A stretch of DNA of 64,000 nucleotides from Mycobacteriales bacterium (GCA_036497565.1 DASXJE010000046.1:15929-79928), one strand, 5' to 3'; shown: positions 1 to 11,588, numbered from the stretch's first letter. Program-made: numbers and translations. Notes: generated by a model from the letters alone, not told the origin.

Positions 1-1060
1 CGAGCGCGACATCGGCGTCGCGGTGGCCCAACGCCGCCGCGGCTCGACCCATGCTCGCAAGGCGTGCGGAGTCGCGTAGGACCGGTATCAGCTCCGACTC
101 GATCCAGGCCGGGGACAGGTCGGCGTCGTCGACGAGCAGCCCGCCGCCGGCCTGCACCACCGGAAGCGCGTTGAGCCGCTGCTCGCCGTTGCCGATGGGC
201 AGCGGGACGTAGGCCGCCGGGAGGCCGACGGCGGTCAGCTCGGACACGGTGTTCATCCCGGACCGGCACAGCACCATGTCGGCGGCGGCGTAGCCGAGGT
301 CCATCTCCTCGAGGAACGGGAGTACGACGTAGGGCGGACCACCGGACACATCCGCGACCGACACGACGTTCTTCGGCCCGGCGACGAGCAGCACCTGCAC
401 CCCCGCCGCCCGCAGCGCCGGGGCGGCGGCGGTCGCCGCCCGGTTCAGCGAGCGGGCGCCCTGCGAGCCGCCGGTCACCAGCAGGGTCGGGCGGTCCGGG
501 TCGAGCCCGAAGTGCTCGCGGGCCGCGCCGCGCGCGCCCGCGCGGTCGAGATCGCGGATCGTCGCGCGCAACGGGAGCCCGACCACCCGGGCGTGCGGCA
601 GCCGGATCGCCTCGTTGACCACCGCGACGTGCGGCGTCAGGCGGGCACCGATGCGGTTGCCCAGGCCGGGACGGATGTTGGCCTCGTGCACGACGAACGG
701 CAGCCGGCGGCGCCGGGCCGCGAGATAGGCGGGAAGGGCGACGTAGGAGCCGAACCCGACCAGGACGTCGGCGGCGGACCGCTCGAGCACCGCTCCGGCG
801 GCGCGGACGGCGGCGGCGACCCGCCCGGGCATGCGGAGCAGGTCGGCGGTGGGCTTACGCGGCAGCGGCACGGACGGGATCAGCTCCAGGTCGTAGCCGC
901 GGGCCGGGATCATCTCGACCTCCAGCCCACGCGCGGTGCCGAGGGCGGTGATCCGCACCGTCGGATCGTCCTCGCGCAGGCGGTCGGCGAGGGCGAGCGC
1001 CGGGGAGATGTGCCCGGCGGTCCCGCCGCCGGCGACCACGACGGACAGCGGGCGGCTCAC
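1..1060 (-). CDS. murG: MurG glycosyltransferase (lipid II synthesis); 3' end lies beyond the window start
   Basis: Absent from the ORF track because it runs off the edge. Manual translation from GTG at 1060 gives [20 protein letters not shown]..., the MurG glycine-rich N-terminus. The frame stays open to base 2 (...[19 protein letters not shown]). GTGA start/stop overlap with ftsW. Occupies the expected last position of the dcw order. Confidence 0.88.
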   Translation of the reverse strand, partial: MSRPLSVVVAGGGTAGHISPALALADRLREDDPTVRITALGTARGLEVEMIPARGYDLELIPSVPLPRKPTADLLRMPGRVAAAVRAAGAVLERSAADVLVGFGSYVALPAYLAARRRRLPFVVHEANIRPGLGNRIGARLTPHVAVVNEAIRLPHARVVGLPLRATIRDLDRAGARGAAREHFGLDPDRPTLLVTGGSQGARSLNRAATAAAPALRAAGVQVLLVAGPKNVVSVADVSGGPPYVVLPFLEEMDLGYAAADMVLCRSGMNTVSELTAVGLPAAYVPLPIGNGEQRLNALPVVQAGGGLLVDDADLSPAWIESELIPVLRDSARLASMGRAAAALGHRDADVAL

Positions 1061-2415
1061 CGGGTCCGGCGTCCGTCGGTGCCGGTGGCCGGCAGGACGG
1101 TGCCGGCGCGCCCGCTGCCCCGACCACGGGGGGCGGGACCGGTCGCCCGCTCGGGGGGCCGGCGGATCCGGGTGATCCTGGCCGACTTCGGTCGTGGCTC
1201 CGCCGGTGCCGGCAGCCACAGGATGCGGGCCATCCGGCTCGGTCCTCGGGCCCGCAACGCCGCGGCCGCAGCCGGCTCATGGCGGGCGAAGGAGGCCAGC
1301 ATGCCCAGGGCGAACAGCGTGACGATCAACGAGGTCCCACCGAAGGAGATCAGCGGGAGCGGAATTCCGGTGACCGGCAACAGCCCCGTCACGTAACCGA
1401 TGTTGATCAGGGCCTGCCCGACCAGCCACACGGTGACCGCGGCGCTGGCCAGCCGGACGAACGGGTCGGTCGCGCGCCTGGCGATCCGCAGACCGGCGTA
1501 GGCGAGCACCGCGAACAGCGCCAGCACGAGCAGGCTCCCGACGAGCCCGAGCTCCTCACCGACGATCGCGAAGATGTAGTCGGTGTGCGCGTTGGGCAGC
1601 AGCCCCCACTTGAACCGGCTCTGCCCCAAGCCGACCCCGAACCAGCCACCGCTCGACAGGGAGTAGAGGCCCTCAGCCGCCTGATAGCCCTTGTCGCTCT
1701 GGTCTTTGAAGGGATTGAGGAAGCTGGTGAACCTGGTCATCCGGTAGGGCTCGATCATGATCAGCACGACCACGGCGCCGATGGTCGTGCTCGCGAGCAG
1801 CACGAACAACCGACCCGGAGCACCGACCGTCCACAGTAGACCGAACAGCACCAGGACCACGCAGATCGTCGTACCGAGATCGGGCTCGAGCATCACGAGT
1901 GCACATGCGGCGATCGCGACCGGCACGATCGGGATCAGCAGATGCCGCCATTGGTCGAGCAGCTTCTCCTTGCGTACCAGCAGGTCTGCGCCCCACAGCG
2001 CGAGCGCGAGCTTGGCCGGCTCGGAGGGTTGCAGCTGCAACGGACCGAGCTCGATCCACCGGCGTGAACCGCTCACCAGGTTTCCCACGCCGGGCACCAG
2101 CACCGCCAGCAGCGCCACGAATGACAACGCCAGCGCCGGATAGGCCAACCGCCGGTATGCCTTCGGGGAAAGCCGGATGCCCAGCCAGAAGATCGGGGCG
2201 CCGATGGCCACCCACATCAGTTGCTTCTTGAAGACGTCGAACGCCGATCCGGTCGCGGCGTAGGAGTCCACACTGGACGCCGACAGGACCATGACCAGAC
2301 CGATCACGGTCAGCAGGCCGGTGGTGACGAGGATCAGGTGCAGGGACGTCAACGGTCGGTCGAGAAACGCCAGCCGGCGGCGGATCGCGGTCCGGCTGGA
2401 GACCCCCGCCGTCAT
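1057..2415 (-). CDS. ftsW: SEDS-family cell division protein FtsW (lipid II flippase/polymerase), 452 aa
   Basis: C-terminal part of ORF 1057..3468. Residue 352 is the M of [30 protein letters not shown]... Multi-TM SEDS sequence ([31 protein letters not shown]). ATGA overlap with the murD stop. The upstream 351 codons of the track ORF are Arg-rich read-through. Confidence 0.9.
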   Translation of the reverse strand: MTAGVSSRTAIRRRLAFLDRPLTSLHLILVTTGLLTVIGLVMVLSASSVDSYAATGSAFDVFKKQLMWVAIGAPIFWLGIRLSPKAYRRLAYPALALSFVALLAVLVPGVGNLVSGSRRWIELGPLQLQPSEPAKLALALWGADLLVRKEKLLDQWRHLLIPIVPVAIAACALVMLEPDLGTTICVVLVLFGLLWTVGAPGRLFVLLASTTIGAVVVLIMIEPYRMTRFTSFLNPFKDQSDKGYQAAEGLYSLSSGGWFGVGLGQSRFKWGLLPNAHTDYIFAIVGEELGLVGSLLVLALFAVLAYAGLRIARRATDPFVRLASAAVTVWLVGQALINIGYVTGLLPVTGIPLPLISFGGTSLIVTLFALGMLASFARHEPAAAAALRARGPSRMARILWLPAPAEPRPKSARITRIRRPPERATGPAPRGRGSGRAGTVLPATGTDGRRTR

Positions 2416-3797
2416 TCCTCTTCCAGCCCGCGAACCGCCGCGGCGAAGGCGTCGCCGCGCGCCGCGTAGTCGGCGAACATGTCCAGCGATGCCGCGGCCG
2501 GGGCGAGCAGCACCGTGTCGCCCGGGCGGGCGAGCGCGGCAGCCTTGGTCACGACCTCGGTCATCGCTCCATCGTCGTCTGCGGTGACCTCGACAACCGG
2601 GAGATCCGGCGCGTGTCGCGCGAATGCGTCCGCGAACTGGGCCCGGTCGGCGCCGAGCAACACGGCCGCGGCGAGCCGCGGATGCACCGCGGCGACGAGT
2701 TCGTCGATCGGGGCGCCTTTGAGTTGGCCACCGGCGACCCAGACCACCCGCTCGTAGGCGGACAACGACGCCGCCGCCGCATGCGGGTTGGTCGCCTTGC
2801 TGTCGTCGACGTAGACGGCACCGCCGACCACACCGACCTGGGCATTGCGGTGGGCACCGGGAACGAAGCCGCGCAGGCCGTTGCGTACGTCGACCGCGGT
2901 GACGCCGTAGGCGCGGGCCAGAGAGGCGGCGGCGAGGGCGTTGGCGACGTTGTGCGGCCCGATCGGACGTACGTCGGAGACGCCGGCCAGGACCACGCTC
3001 TGCTCGGTGCCCCGGTCGATCCCGAAGGCGCGGTCGACCAGGTTGCCGGCGACGATCCCGACCTGGCCCGGGCCCGGCTCGCCAAGGGTGAAGCTGACCG
3101 CGTCGGGCAGCCCGTGGGCGAGCCGGAGCACCGTCGGGTCGTCGGCGTTCACGACGTTCGTGGCATCGTGCTGGAGGATCCGGGCCTTCGCCGCCACGTA
3201 GGCATCGAACGAACCGTGCCAGTCGACGTGGTCCGGAGCGAGGTTGAGCACGGCCGCCGCCCGCGGGCGCAGCGATGAACTCCAGTGCAGCTGAAAGCTC
3301 GACAGCTCGACGGCCAGCACGTCGTACGGCGGGTCGGCGTCGACCGCGTCGACGACTGGAAACCCGACGTTGCCGGTCGCGACGGCGCGCAGCCCGGCGG
3401 CACGCAGGATCGCCTCCAGCATGCCGACGGTCGTCGTCTTGCCGTTGGTCCCGGTCAGCGCGAGCCACGGTGCGGCGTCGGCCGGCCGCAGCCGCCAGGC
3501 GAGTTCGACGTCGCCGATCACCTCGATGCCTGCGTCGGCGGCCGCGAGCAGCAGCGGGTGATCCGGCCGCAGGCCCGGTGAAGTCACCACGAGCTTCGTC
3601 CCGTCGGGCGGCGCGGGCGGCTCCGGAAGTACGGCGATCCCGGCGGCCTCGAGCCGCCCGCTGGAGTCCGTGCCCCGCCGGTCGACGACGGTGACCTCCG
3701 CGCCGACTCGGGCCAGGGCTAGTGCCGCGGAGGCCCCTGAAACGCCCGCTCCGGCGACCAGCACCGGTGTCCCGACATAGTCCGTCGGGCCGCTCAT
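2412..3797 (-). CDS. murD: UDP-N-acetylmuramoylalanine--D-glutamate ligase MurD, 461 aa
   Basis: Residue 375 of ORF 2412..4919 starts [39 protein letters not shown] (Rossmann GxGxxG), followed by the Mur ligase P-loop [14 protein letters not shown] overlap with the mraY stop. Confidence 0.92.
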   Translation of the reverse strand: MSGPTDYVGTPVLVAGAGVSGASAALALARVGAEVTVVDRRGTDSSGRLEAAGIAVLPEPPAPPDGTKLVVTSPGLRPDHPLLLAAADAGIEVIGDVELAWRLRPADAAPWLALTGTNGKTTTVGMLEAILRAAGLRAVATGNVGFPVVDAVDADPPYDVLAVELSSFQLHWSSSLRPRAAAVLNLAPDHVDWHGSFDAYVAAKARILQHDATNVVNADDPTVLRLAHGLPDAVSFTLGEPGPGQVGIVAGNLVDRAFGIDRGTEQSVVLAGVSDVRPIGPHNVANALAAASLARAYGVTAVDVRNGLRGFVPGAHRNAQVGVVGGAVYVDDSKATNPHAAAASLSAYERVVWVAGGQLKGAPIDELVAAVHPRLAAAVLLGADRAQFADAFARHAPDLPVVEVTADDDGAMTEVVTKAAALARPGDTVLLAPAAASLDMFADYAARGDAFAAAVRGLEEE

Positions 3798-4879
3798 CCG
3801 GGCAGTCCGTAGGAGATGAACTCCGCGTAGAACAGGCCCATCCCGAATGCCACGGCGAGCCCGGTGATGATCCAGAACCGCACGATGACCGTCATCTCCT
3901 GCCACCCCGCTAATTCGAAGTGGTGGTGGATGGGCGCCATGTTGAACACCCGTTTTCGGGTTGCCTTGAAGACGGCGACCTGCAGGGCCACCGACAGGGT
4001 CTCGACGACGAACAGGCCTCCGAGTACGACGAGCAGCAGTTCGGTGCGGGTCATCACGGCGATCCCGGCGAGCAGCCCACCGAGGGCGAGCGAACCGGTG
4101 TCGCCCATGATGATCCGGGCCGGATAGGCGTTCCACCACAGGAAGCCGAAGCAGGCGCCCAATGCGGCCGCGGCGACGAGCGCGACGTCGAGCGGATCGC
4201 GGACCACGTAGCAGCCGGGCTTGGCGCCGAGGACGCCGCAGGCGTTGCGGAACTGGTAGAAGCTGATGATGACGTAGGCGCCGAGCACCATCACCGAGCT
4301 CCCGGCGGCGAGGCCGTCGAGGCCGTCGGTGAGGTTGACGGCGTTGGAGAAGCCGCTGATCAGCAGTACGGCGAACACGACGAAGCCGACCGAGCCGAAG
4401 CTGATGACCGCGATGTCGCGGACGAACGACAGGTGCACCGACGCGGGCGACAGCCGGCCGTGGCTGTGGAACTGCAGCGCCAGTACGGCGAAGCTCACCG
4501 CGGCGAACAGCTGGCCGACCAGCTTCGTCGTCGTGTTGAGCCCGAGGCTGCGTTGCTTGCGCACCTTGATGAAGTCGTCGAGGAAACCGACGAGGCCGAG
4601 CACGACCATCAGGTAGAGCACGAGCAGCCCGGAGGCGGTGGGCCCGCGACCGGTCTGGGTGGCGACGACGAGGTGGGACACCGTGTAGCCGAGGACGGTG
4701 CCGAGGATGATCACGGCCCCGCCCATGGTCGGGGTGCCACGCTTGGCGAGGTGGGTCTGCGGCCCGTCGTCGCGGATCTCCTGACCGAAGCCGTGGCGCC
4801 GGAACAGCTTGATGGCGGCCGGCGTGCACAGGATCGACACGACGAGCGCCACCAGGGCGGCGACGAGCACCGACTTCAC
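3794..4879 (-). CDS. mraY: Phospho-N-acetylmuramoyl-pentapeptide transferase MraY, 361 aa
   Basis: Residue 303 (GTG) of ORF 3794..5785 starts [54 protein letters not shown]. Also has [15 protein letters not shown] and APIHHHFE motifs. GTGA overlap with the murF stop. Confidence 0.92.
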   Translation of the reverse strand: MKSVLVAALVALVVSILCTPAAIKLFRRHGFGQEIRDDGPQTHLAKRGTPTMGGAVIILGTVLGYTVSHLVVATQTGRGPTASGLLVLYLMVVLGLVGFLDDFIKVRKQRSLGLNTTTKLVGQLFAAVSFAVLALQFHSHGRLSPASVHLSFVRDIAVISFGSVGFVVFAVLLISGFSNAVNLTDGLDGLAAGSSVMVLGAYVIISFYQFRNACGVLGAKPGCYVVRDPLDVALVAAAALGACFGFLWWNAYPARIIMGDTGSLALGGLLAGIAVMTRTELLLVVLGGLFVVETLSVALQVAVFKATRKRVFNMAPIHHHFELAGWQEMTVIVRFWIITGLAVAFGMGLFYAEFISYGLPG

Positions 4880-6303
4880 CGGCGCTCCTCCGCATCGATC
4901 GGGGCGGCCGGGGCCGCAACCTCGCCGAGGGCGAGCGCGACCCGCTCGAGCCCGGCCGATCGCGAGGCCTTCACCAGGACGACGTCGCCCGGCCGCAGCT
5001 CGCGGTCGAGCAGCGCGCGTGCCGCGTCGACCTCCGGTACGAGCACCGACTCCCCTTCCCACGATCCGTCCCGCGTCGCCGCGACGTGCATCGGCGCGGC
5101 CTCCCCACCGACGACGACCAGCCGTGCGATGCCGAGCTCCGCCACCAGGCGACCGACCGCGTCGTGCGCGGCGGCGGTCTCCTCCCCGAGCTCGGCCATC
5201 GGGCCGAGCACAGCCCATCCGCGGCGACCGCGGGCGAGCGTGGCGAGTGTCTCCAACGCCACCCGCATCGATTCGGGGTTGGCGTTGTAGGCGTCGTTGA
5301 CGATAGTCACCCCGTCGGGGCGCTCCGTCACCTCCATCCGCCAGTGACTCGCCGCTCCCGTCTCGGCGAGCACATCGGCGATCTCCAGCCACCCGAGACC
5401 GAGCTCGTGGGCGACCGCCGCGGCGGCGAGGCTGTTGGCGACCTGATGGCGACCGACGAGGGCCAGCCGGACCCCGACCTCCTCCTCGGGCGTGACCAGC
5501 CGGAAGGACGGGCGGCCGTCGGCTCCGATCACCACGTCGACGGCGCGCAGGTCGGCGCCGGGCGACTCGCCCACGGTGAGCACCCGGGCCGCGGTGCGGT
5601 CGCGCATGGCGGCCACGAGCGGGTCGTCGGCGTTGAGCACGGCCACCCCGCCCTCGGCCGCGGCGGGCAGCGCCTCGACCAACTCGCCCTTGGCCGCGGC
5701 GATTGCCGCGCGGGAGCCGAATTCGCCGAGGTGGGCGCTGCCGACGTTGAGCACTACGCCGATCGTCGGCCGGGCGATCCGGCACAGCGCCGCGATATGG
5801 CCGGGGCCGCGCGCGCTGTTCTCGAGAACGAGGAACCGCGTGTCCACGGTGGACCGCAGCACGGTGTAGGGGTGGCCGAGCTCGTTGTTGAACGAACCCG
5901 GGGGCGCGACCGTCGGGCCGATCCGCCGGACCAGCGCGGCGACGAGGTCCTTCGTCGTGGTCTTGCCGGCCGACCCGGTGATCCCGACCACCGTCACCTC
6001 GGGAAGCCGGGCCAGCACCGACCTGGCCAGCGACGCGAGCGCCGCGAACGGCTCGGCCACGACGACGGAGGGGACACCCACCGGCCGGGTCGCGAGCACC
6101 GCGACGGCACCGCGCTCGACCGCGGCGGCGGCGTAGTCGTGGCCGTCGACCTGCTCACCGGGCAGCGCGACGAACAGGCCGCCCGGCGCGACCTGCCGGG
6201 AGTCGAACTCGACCGGCCCGGTCACCGTCGCGCCCTCGTCGGCGACGTCGACCAGGGTCCCGTCGACCGCGGCGGCGATCTCGGCCAGGGTGAGGGCGAT
6301 CAT
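4876..6303 (-). CDS. murF: UDP-MurNAc-tripeptide--D-Ala-D-Ala ligase MurF, 475 aa
   Basis: Residue 60 of ORF 4876..6480 starts [18 protein letters not shown]. Mur ligase P-loop [16 protein letters not shown] overlap with the murE stop. Confidence 0.92.
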   Translation of the reverse strand: MIALTLAEIAAAVDGTLVDVADEGATVTGPVEFDSRQVAPGGLFVALPGEQVDGHDYAAAAVERGAVAVLATRPVGVPSVVVAEPFAALASLARSVLARLPEVTVVGITGSAGKTTTKDLVAALVRRIGPTVAPPGSFNNELGHPYTVLRSTVDTRFLVLENSARGPGHIAALCRIARPTIGVVLNVGSAHLGEFGSRAAIAAAKGELVEALPAAAEGGVAVLNADDPLVAAMRDRTAARVLTVGESPGADLRAVDVVIGADGRPSFRLVTPEEEVGVRLALVGRHQVANSLAAAAVAHELGLGWLEIADVLAETGAASHWRMEVTERPDGVTIVNDAYNANPESMRVALETLATLARGRRGWAVLGPMAELGEETAAAHDAVGRLVAELGIARLVVVGGEAAPMHVAATRDGSWEGESVLVPEVDAARALLDRELRPGDVVLVKASRSAGLERVALALGEVAAPAAPIDAEERR

Positions 6304-7826
6304 CGTGCGGCCACCCCGATCGCGTCGCGGAGCACGCACCGGTCGTCGAAGGGCCGGATCTCCCCGGCGATCTCCTGGCCCTGCTCGTGGCCCTTGCCCG
6401 CGACGACCACGGTGTCCCCCGGCCCGGCCTGGCGCACCGCCTCGGCGATCGCGTCGGCCCGCCCGCCGATGGTGCGCCATTCCGCGCCCGGCACCCGACG
6501 TACGCCGGCCTCCATCTCGGCCCGGATCGCCGCCGGATCCTCCGACCGGGGGTTGTCGTCGGTCACGATCAACAGGTCGGCGCCGCGGGCGGCCGCCTCA
6601 CCCATCAACGGCCGTTTGCCGCGGTCGCGGTCGCCGCCGCAGCCGAGCACCATGATCAGCCGGCCGGCGGTGAGTGGCCGCACCGCGTCGAGGATCGCCG
6701 CCACGGCGCCGGGCTTGTGGGCGTAGTCGACGAAGGCGAGGAAGTCCTGGCCGGCGTCGACGCGCTCGAGCCGGCCGGGAACGGACACGTGCCGTAGCCC
6801 GGGAGCAGCCCGGGCCGGATCGACGCCCGCCGCGGCGACCGCGGCAAGGGCGATCATCGCGTTGGCCACGTTGAACGCGCCGGGTAGGTCCATCGCGACG
6901 TCGATGCTCACTCCGGCGGGGCCCTCGGCGGTGAACGTGGTGCCGCGGTCGGCGGTGGACTCGACCCGGACGGCGCGCCATGCCGCGCCCGGATCTCCAC
7001 CGGGAGACACGGTGACCGTCCCCTCTCGAACCAGCCGCCGGCCCCAGGCGTCGTCGGTGTTGACCACCTCGGCGGCGCTACGACCGTCGAAGAGCCGGGA
7101 CTTCGCGGCGAAGTAATCCTCCATGTCGGCGTGGAAGTCGAGGTGGTCCTGGCTCAGGTTGGTGAAGGCTCCGACGGCGAACCGGGTGCCGTCCACCCGG
7201 CCGAGCGCCAGCGCGTGGCTCGACACCTCCATCACCGCGGCGGTGACCCCCCGCTCGCGCATGGTGGCGAACAGCGCCTGCAACTCCGGCGCCTCGGGGG
7301 TGGTGCGAACGCTCGGCAGCACGTCGGTGCCGATCCTGGTCTCCACGGTGCCGAGCAGTCCGGTCGTCTCCCCGGCGGCCCGCAGGCCCGCTTCGACGAG
7401 ATAGGCCGTGGTCGTCTTGCCGTTGGTTCCGGTGATGCCGATCAGGGCGATCGACGCCGCCGGGTCGTCGTAGACCCAGACGGAAACCGCGCCGAGCGCC
7501 GACCGCGGATCGTCGACGACCAGCGTCGGTACGCCGCTCGCCCGGGCGCGGTCCCGGCCCGCCGGATCGGTCAGCACGGCGACCGCACCCCGGGCGACCG
7601 CCTCGGCGGCGAAGTCGGCGCCGTGCGCGCGGGCGCCGGACCGGGCGACGTAGAGGTCCCCGGGTTGCACCGACTGGGCGGCGTGGGAGACCCCGGTGAT
7701 CGACACGGCGGCCGGCGGATCAGCGGCCGACCCGGCGGGCAGGACGGGGACGCCGAGGAGCGCGCCGAGATCCGCGAGCGCGTGCGGCCCCGGGTGAGCG
7801 GGCCGCGGTGGGTGGGACGCGGACAC
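6300..7826 (-). CDS. murE: UDP-MurNAc-L-Ala-D-Glu--2,6-diaminopimelate ligase MurE, 508 aa
   Basis: Full ORF 6300..7826 with a GTG start. Contains [10 protein letters not shown] and DNPRSEDP (the DNPR motif typical of mDAP-adding MurE). Start codon not verified; no obvious SD. Confidence 0.9.
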   Translation of the reverse strand: MSASHPPRPAHPGPHALADLGALLGVPVLPAGSAADPPAAVSITGVSHAAQSVQPGDLYVARSGARAHGADFAAEAVARGAVAVLTDPAGRDRARASGVPTLVVDDPRSALGAVSVWVYDDPAASIALIGITGTNGKTTTAYLVEAGLRAAGETTGLLGTVETRIGTDVLPSVRTTPEAPELQALFATMRERGVTAAVMEVSSHALALGRVDGTRFAVGAFTNLSQDHLDFHADMEDYFAAKSRLFDGRSAAEVVNTDDAWGRRLVREGTVTVSPGGDPGAAWRAVRVESTADRGTTFTAEGPAGVSIDVAMDLPGAFNVANAMIALAAVAAAGVDPARAAPGLRHVSVPGRLERVDAGQDFLAFVDYAHKPGAVAAILDAVRPLTAGRLIMVLGCGGDRDRGKRPLMGEAAARGADLLIVTDDNPRSEDPAAIRAEMEAGVRRVPGAEWRTIGGRADAIAEAVRQAGPGDTVVVAGKGHEQGQEIAGEIRPFDDRCVLRDAIGVAAR

Positions 7827-7844
7827 GACAGTGAAGGCTACCGG

Positions 7845-9779
7845 TCAGGGTGCGAACAAGGGCAGGTGCGCGGGTGCCGCGCCGGTCGGGGCGACGTCGC
7901 CCTGCTTCAACGCGTAGCTCATCACCTCGTGGAACAGCGGAGCGGCCACGTCGCCACCGAGGTAGTCGGTCTGCGGGCTGTCGACCATGATCGACATGAC
8001 GTAGCGCGGGTGGTCGGCGGGTGCCATCCCGGCGAACGTCGACCAGTAACCGCCGCCCTCGTAGCAGTTGCAGGCGGGGTTCGGCTTCTGTCCGGTGCCG
8101 GTCTTACCGGCCGTCGTGAAGCCGTTGATCGCGGCCTTCGGCGCCGTACCGCCGTCCTGGGTCACCATTTGCAGCATCTCGCGCAGCGTCGCGGCAGTCT
8201 TGGCGCTGACCACCCGCACCGGCTTGCCCGGCACCGACTTCGTCACCCTGCCGGTCGGCCCGATCATCTTCTCCACGACGTGCGGCGGCACCCGGACCCC
8301 GTTGTTGGCGATGGCCTGGTACATGTCGGCGAGCTGCAGGCTGGTGACCGCGACGCCCTGGCCGATCGGCAGGTTGCCGAACGTGCTGCCCGACCAGTCC
8401 TTCATCGGCGGAAGGATGCCGGCGCTCTCGGCGGGTAGGGCGACGCCGGTGGGCTGACCCTCGCCGAACTTCTTGGCGTAGGAATCCCAGACCGCCGGAC
8501 CGAGCTTCTTGGCGATCATCAGGGTGCCGACGTTGCTGGACTTGGCCAGGACGCCGGTGGCGGTCCAGCCGACCGGGTCGTGCACCCAGTCGTCGTGGAT
8601 CGTGCGGTCGGCGAACTGGATCGTCCCGGGCACCGTCATCGCGGTCTTCGGCGTGATGAGCCCCCGCTGCAGCGCGGCCGCGAAGGTCACGACCTTGTTC
8701 GCCGAGCCGGGCTCGAACACGCTCGAGATGTTGGGGTTGGACAGGGACTGCGGGGTACGGCCCGGGTCCGCCGCGTCGTAGGTCGGGGCGGACGCCATCG
8801 CCTTGATCGCCCCGGTTTTGGCGTCGAGGATGGTGATCTGGCCGTCCTTGGCGCCGGTGGAGTGCACCGCCTGGTCGAGCGCCTTCTGGGCGACGTACTG
8901 CAGGTCCTGGGAGATGGTCAGCTGCACGGACGACCCGGGCACCGCGGGATCGTCCTTGTGGACGCCGGAGGGGATGACCTCGCCCCCGGCACCCTTCATC
9001 ACCGTGAGCCGGCCCGGCTTGCCGGCGAGTTTCGCGTCGAGGCCGCTCTCGATTCCGGCTATGCCGTGCCCGTCCCGGTCGGTGAACCCGACCACGTTGG
9101 CGCCGACGTCGTGGGCCGGGTGCAGGCGTTGCGACTCCGGCAGCACGTTGACCCCCGGCAGGGCGAGGTTCATCACCCGGGTCGCGGTCTGTGGCGTCTG
9201 CGACCGGGCGAGGTAGACGAACCGGCCCTTGTGGCTGAGCTTGTCCTGCAGGTCGACCACGGACTGCTTCAGCAGTGGCGCGAGTGCCTGCGCGGTCAGC
9301 AGCGGTGAGCTCACCAGGCTCGGGTCGGCGTAGACCGCCCGGGCGTCGACGCTGTAGGCGAGCACCCCGCCGTTCGCGTCGAGGATCCGGCCCCGCTCGG
9401 CCTCCAGGTCGGTCGTCATCGTCCGGCGCTGCTCCGCGGCCACCGCGAGGCCGGTCCCGTCGAGACCCTGCAGCTGCACCAGCCGGCCCCCGAGGATGAG
9501 GACCACGGTCGCGACAGCGGCGAACCCGACGGTGATCCGCCGTCTGCTGCTCCCGAGCCGCAGGGCCCGCCGGCGCGGACGACGCCGATTTGCGGTGGTG
9601 GTGCGCGGCGGGTTGCGCCGGGCGCCCGCCGACGTGGACCGGCGCTGCTCGCCGACGCGGCGCGTCGCTCCCCCGGACCCGGAGGTCCGAGGGGCCGGCC
9701 GACCGGCGCGTGCGGCGCCCGATCGCTGCGGGGCCCGGCCACCGGAGGGACGGTTACGGCGGGGCGGTTCGGGTGTCAC
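7845..9779 (-). CDS. ftsI: Class B penicillin-binding protein / division transpeptidase (FtsI/PbpB), 644 aa
   Basis: Residue 220 (GTG) of ORF 7845..10436 starts [14 protein letters not shown]. An Arg-rich cytoplasmic tail and one TM (ITVGFAAVATVVLILGG) precede the transpeptidase motifs SANK-like FEPGSANKV and KTGTG. GTGA overlap with the ftsL-like stop. Confidence 0.88.
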   Translation of the reverse strand: MTPEPPRRNRPSGGRAPQRSGAARAGRPAPRTSGSGGATRRVGEQRRSTSAGARRNPPRTTTANRRRPRRRALRLGSSRRRITVGFAAVATVVLILGGRLVQLQGLDGTGLAVAAEQRRTMTTDLEAERGRILDANGGVLAYSVDARAVYADPSLVSSPLLTAQALAPLLKQSVVDLQDKLSHKGRFVYLARSQTPQTATRVMNLALPGVNVLPESQRLHPAHDVGANVVGFTDRDGHGIAGIESGLDAKLAGKPGRLTVMKGAGGEVIPSGVHKDDPAVPGSSVQLTISQDLQYVAQKALDQAVHSTGAKDGQITILDAKTGAIKAMASAPTYDAADPGRTPQSLSNPNISSVFEPGSANKVVTFAAALQRGLITPKTAMTVPGTIQFADRTIHDDWVHDPVGWTATGVLAKSSNVGTLMIAKKLGPAVWDSYAKKFGEGQPTGVALPAESAGILPPMKDWSGSTFGNLPIGQGVAVTSLQLADMYQAIANNGVRVPPHVVEKMIGPTGRVTKSVPGKPVRVVSAKTAATLREMLQMVTQDGGTAPKAAINGFTTAGKTGTGQKPNPACNCYEGGGYWSTFAGMAPADHPRYVMSIMVDSPQTDYLGGDVAAPLFHEVMSYALKQGDVAPTGAAPAHLPLFAP

Positions 9780-10345
9780 CGATGGCCTCCCTGGGCGGGC
9801 TGGTGAGTGGCGGTGTGGGTGCTGTGCGCTGTCGGGTGCCCTGTCGGGTGCCCGGTCGGGTGCGCAGTCCCTCGGTGCTGGGTCGCCGGCTTCTTCTTCG
9901 AGACCGCCGTCTTGTCCGGCGGCGGCGGCGGGGGCGGGGGCGGTGCGGTGGCCGGCGCCGGGGACCCCAGGACCTTCGACGCCCCGTCCGGCAGGAGCAG
10001 CAGGAAGGCGGGATCGCCGCCGGGAACCATGCCGAGCCGGCGGGCCGCAGTCGACAGCGACTGCGGGGTGTCGAGCGTGTCGACCTGCTGGGCGAGTTGC
10101 TGCTGGCGTATGCCCAGCGTGTCGTTGCGCTGCTGCAGCGAGCTCTGCCGGAACGACGCACCGGCGTTCGCCGTGTTGATCAGCAGCACCAGGACGAGGC
10201 CGGCGACCAGCAGCGCGACGATGAGGATGACGAAGGGCCGCCGGGGCGCCCCGGACGACGCGGGCATCGCGGCGGACAGCGAGCGGCGCACCGGGGACGG
10301 GCCGTCGCCGGCCGACGTACGACGGCCGGTGATCGTCGACGTCAT
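9776..10345 (-). CDS. ftsL: FtsL-like bitopic division protein, 189 aa, with Pro9 and His-rich C-terminal tail
   Basis: ORF 9776..10345 sits between rsmH and ftsI. It has a single TM ([19 protein letters not shown]) and a Gln/Leu-rich coiled-coil-like segment ([23 protein letters not shown]). ATGA overlap with the rsmH stop. Identity is inferred from position and topology only. Confidence 0.7.
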   Translation of the reverse strand: MTSTITGRRTSAGDGPSPVRRSLSAAMPASSGAPRRPFVILIVALLVAGLVLVLLINTANAGASFRQSSLQQRNDTLGIRQQQLAQQVDTLDTPQSLSTAARRLGMVPGGDPAFLLLLPDGASKVLGSPAPATAPPPPPPPPPDKTAVSKKKPATQHRGTAHPTGHPTGHPTAHSTHTATHQPAQGGHR

Positions 10346-11298
10346 GCCGCCTCCGCGATGCGCTCGGCGGCGCGCAGCCGGACCGATGCCGACCGGGGGT
10401 TGGCCGCGATCTCGGCCTCGTCGGCGACTTCCGCACCGCGGGTCAGCAGCCGCAACGTCGGGCCCGCGCCCGGCAGTTCGACCGGCAGACCGGGCGGCGT
10501 CCGCCCGGTCGCATGGGTGCTCAACGTGCGCTTGACCAACCGGTCCTCGAGCGACTGGTAGCTCATCACGACGATCCGTCCCTTCATCGCGAGGGCGTCG
10601 ACGGCGCCCGGGAGCGCATCCCGGAGCGCGTCGAGTTCGTGGTTGACCTCGATCCGCAGTGCCTGGAAGGTGCGCTTGGCCGGATGCCCGCCGGTGCGGC
10701 GGGTGGCCGCGGGGACGGCCGCGCGGACCAGGTCGGCCAGGGCGGCGCTGCTGTGCAGCGGCTCGCGGGACCGTTCCCGGACGATCGCCGACACGATCCG
10801 CCCGGCGAAGCGCTCCTCGCCGTAATCGCGCAGCACCGCGCGGAGCCGGTCGGGCGAGTAGGTGTTGACCACGTCGGCAGCGGTGAGCGGATCCTCGGGA
10901 TCCATCCGCATGTCCAGCGGCGCGTCCTGGGCGTAGGCGAAACCCCGACGGGGGTCGTCGAGCTGCAGCGAGGAGACACCGAGGTCGAAGAGCACGCCGT
11001 CGACCCGGGGCAGGCCGAGATCGGCGAGCACGGCGGGCATCGCGTCGTAGACGGCGTGCACGAGATGCACCCGGCCGCCGTAGGGCGCGAGCCGGTCCCG
11101 ACTGCTGTCGAGAGCCTCGGGGTCGCGGTCCAGCCCGACCAGGACGAGCTCGGGATGGCGGGCCAGCAGCGCCTCGGCATGCCCGCCGAGTCCGACCGTC
11201 GCATCGACGACGACGGCCGGGCGGTCCCCGATCGCGGGGGCGAACAGCGCGAGCACCCGGTCGAGCAGGACCGGGACGTGGCCGTGGTCGCGCGTCAC
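10342..11298 (-). CDS. rsmH: 16S rRNA (cytosine1402-N4)-methyltransferase RsmH/MraW, 318 aa
   Basis: Residue 122 (GTG) of ORF 10342..11661 starts [19 protein letters not shown]. Contains DATVGLGGH and [10 protein letters not shown] motifs. Confidence 0.9.
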   Translation of the reverse strand: MTRDHGHVPVLLDRVLALFAPAIGDRPAVVVDATVGLGGHAEALLARHPELVLVGLDRDPEALDSSRDRLAPYGGRVHLVHAVYDAMPAVLADLGLPRVDGVLFDLGVSSLQLDDPRRGFAYAQDAPLDMRMDPEDPLTAADVVNTYSPDRLRAVLRDYGEERFAGRIVSAIVRERSREPLHSSAALADLVRAAVPAATRRTGGHPAKRTFQALRIEVNHELDALRDALPGAVDALAMKGRIVVMSYQSLEDRLVKRTLSTHATGRTPPGLPVELPGAGPTLRLLTRGAEVADEAEIAANPRSASVRLRAAERIAEAA

Positions 11299-11588
11299 AA
11301 CCGGCCGGCCAGCGTGATCAGCATGACGATCAGCGGGGTGCCGGCGACGACGAGCACCAGGAGGGCGAGCAGCAGAAGGCTCGACCGCACCTCCGCGCCC
11401 AGCGCGGGTGCCGGGGGCGCCGCCTGCGGTCGCGGCGGCTCGGTCGTCGCGGTGCCCACGACGAACGAGCTGTCCGTCACGCGTGTGCTCTCCGCAACGA
11501 GTGTGCTGACCTGCCCCATGCCGGTCCCCCCGTGGTCGCCGGACGCGTCCGGATCGCGTACTGCTCGGGCCGATTCGCTGACTGTCAT
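11295..11588 (-). CDS. Hypothetical small tail-anchored membrane protein: 97 aa from ATG 11588, or 74 aa from ATG 11519
   Basis: In-frame tail of ORF 11295..12014, ending ...[32 protein letters not shown]. By eye, nearly all third positions in the last ~70 codons are G/C, as in real genes here. GTGA overlap with the rsmH start. A purine-rich GGGGGGA lies upstream of ATG 11519. I recognise no homology. Confidence 0.4.
   Translation of the reverse strand: MTVSESARAVRDPDASGDHGGTGMGQVSTLVAESTRVTDSSFVVGTATTEPPRPQAAPPAPALGAEVRSSLLLLALLVLVVAGTPLIVMLITLAGRL

Noticed and set aside
1057-3468. N-terminal extensions of track ORFs that merge neighbouring genes. Examples: 1057..3468 (803 aa), 2412..4919 (835 aa), 3794..5785, 7845..10436, 28066..29925, 26696..27961.
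   Set aside because: The upstream parts are Arg-rich read-through overlapping the preceding gene in another frame. Recognisable protein N-termini, SD sequences and ATGA/GTGA junctions define much shorter genes.
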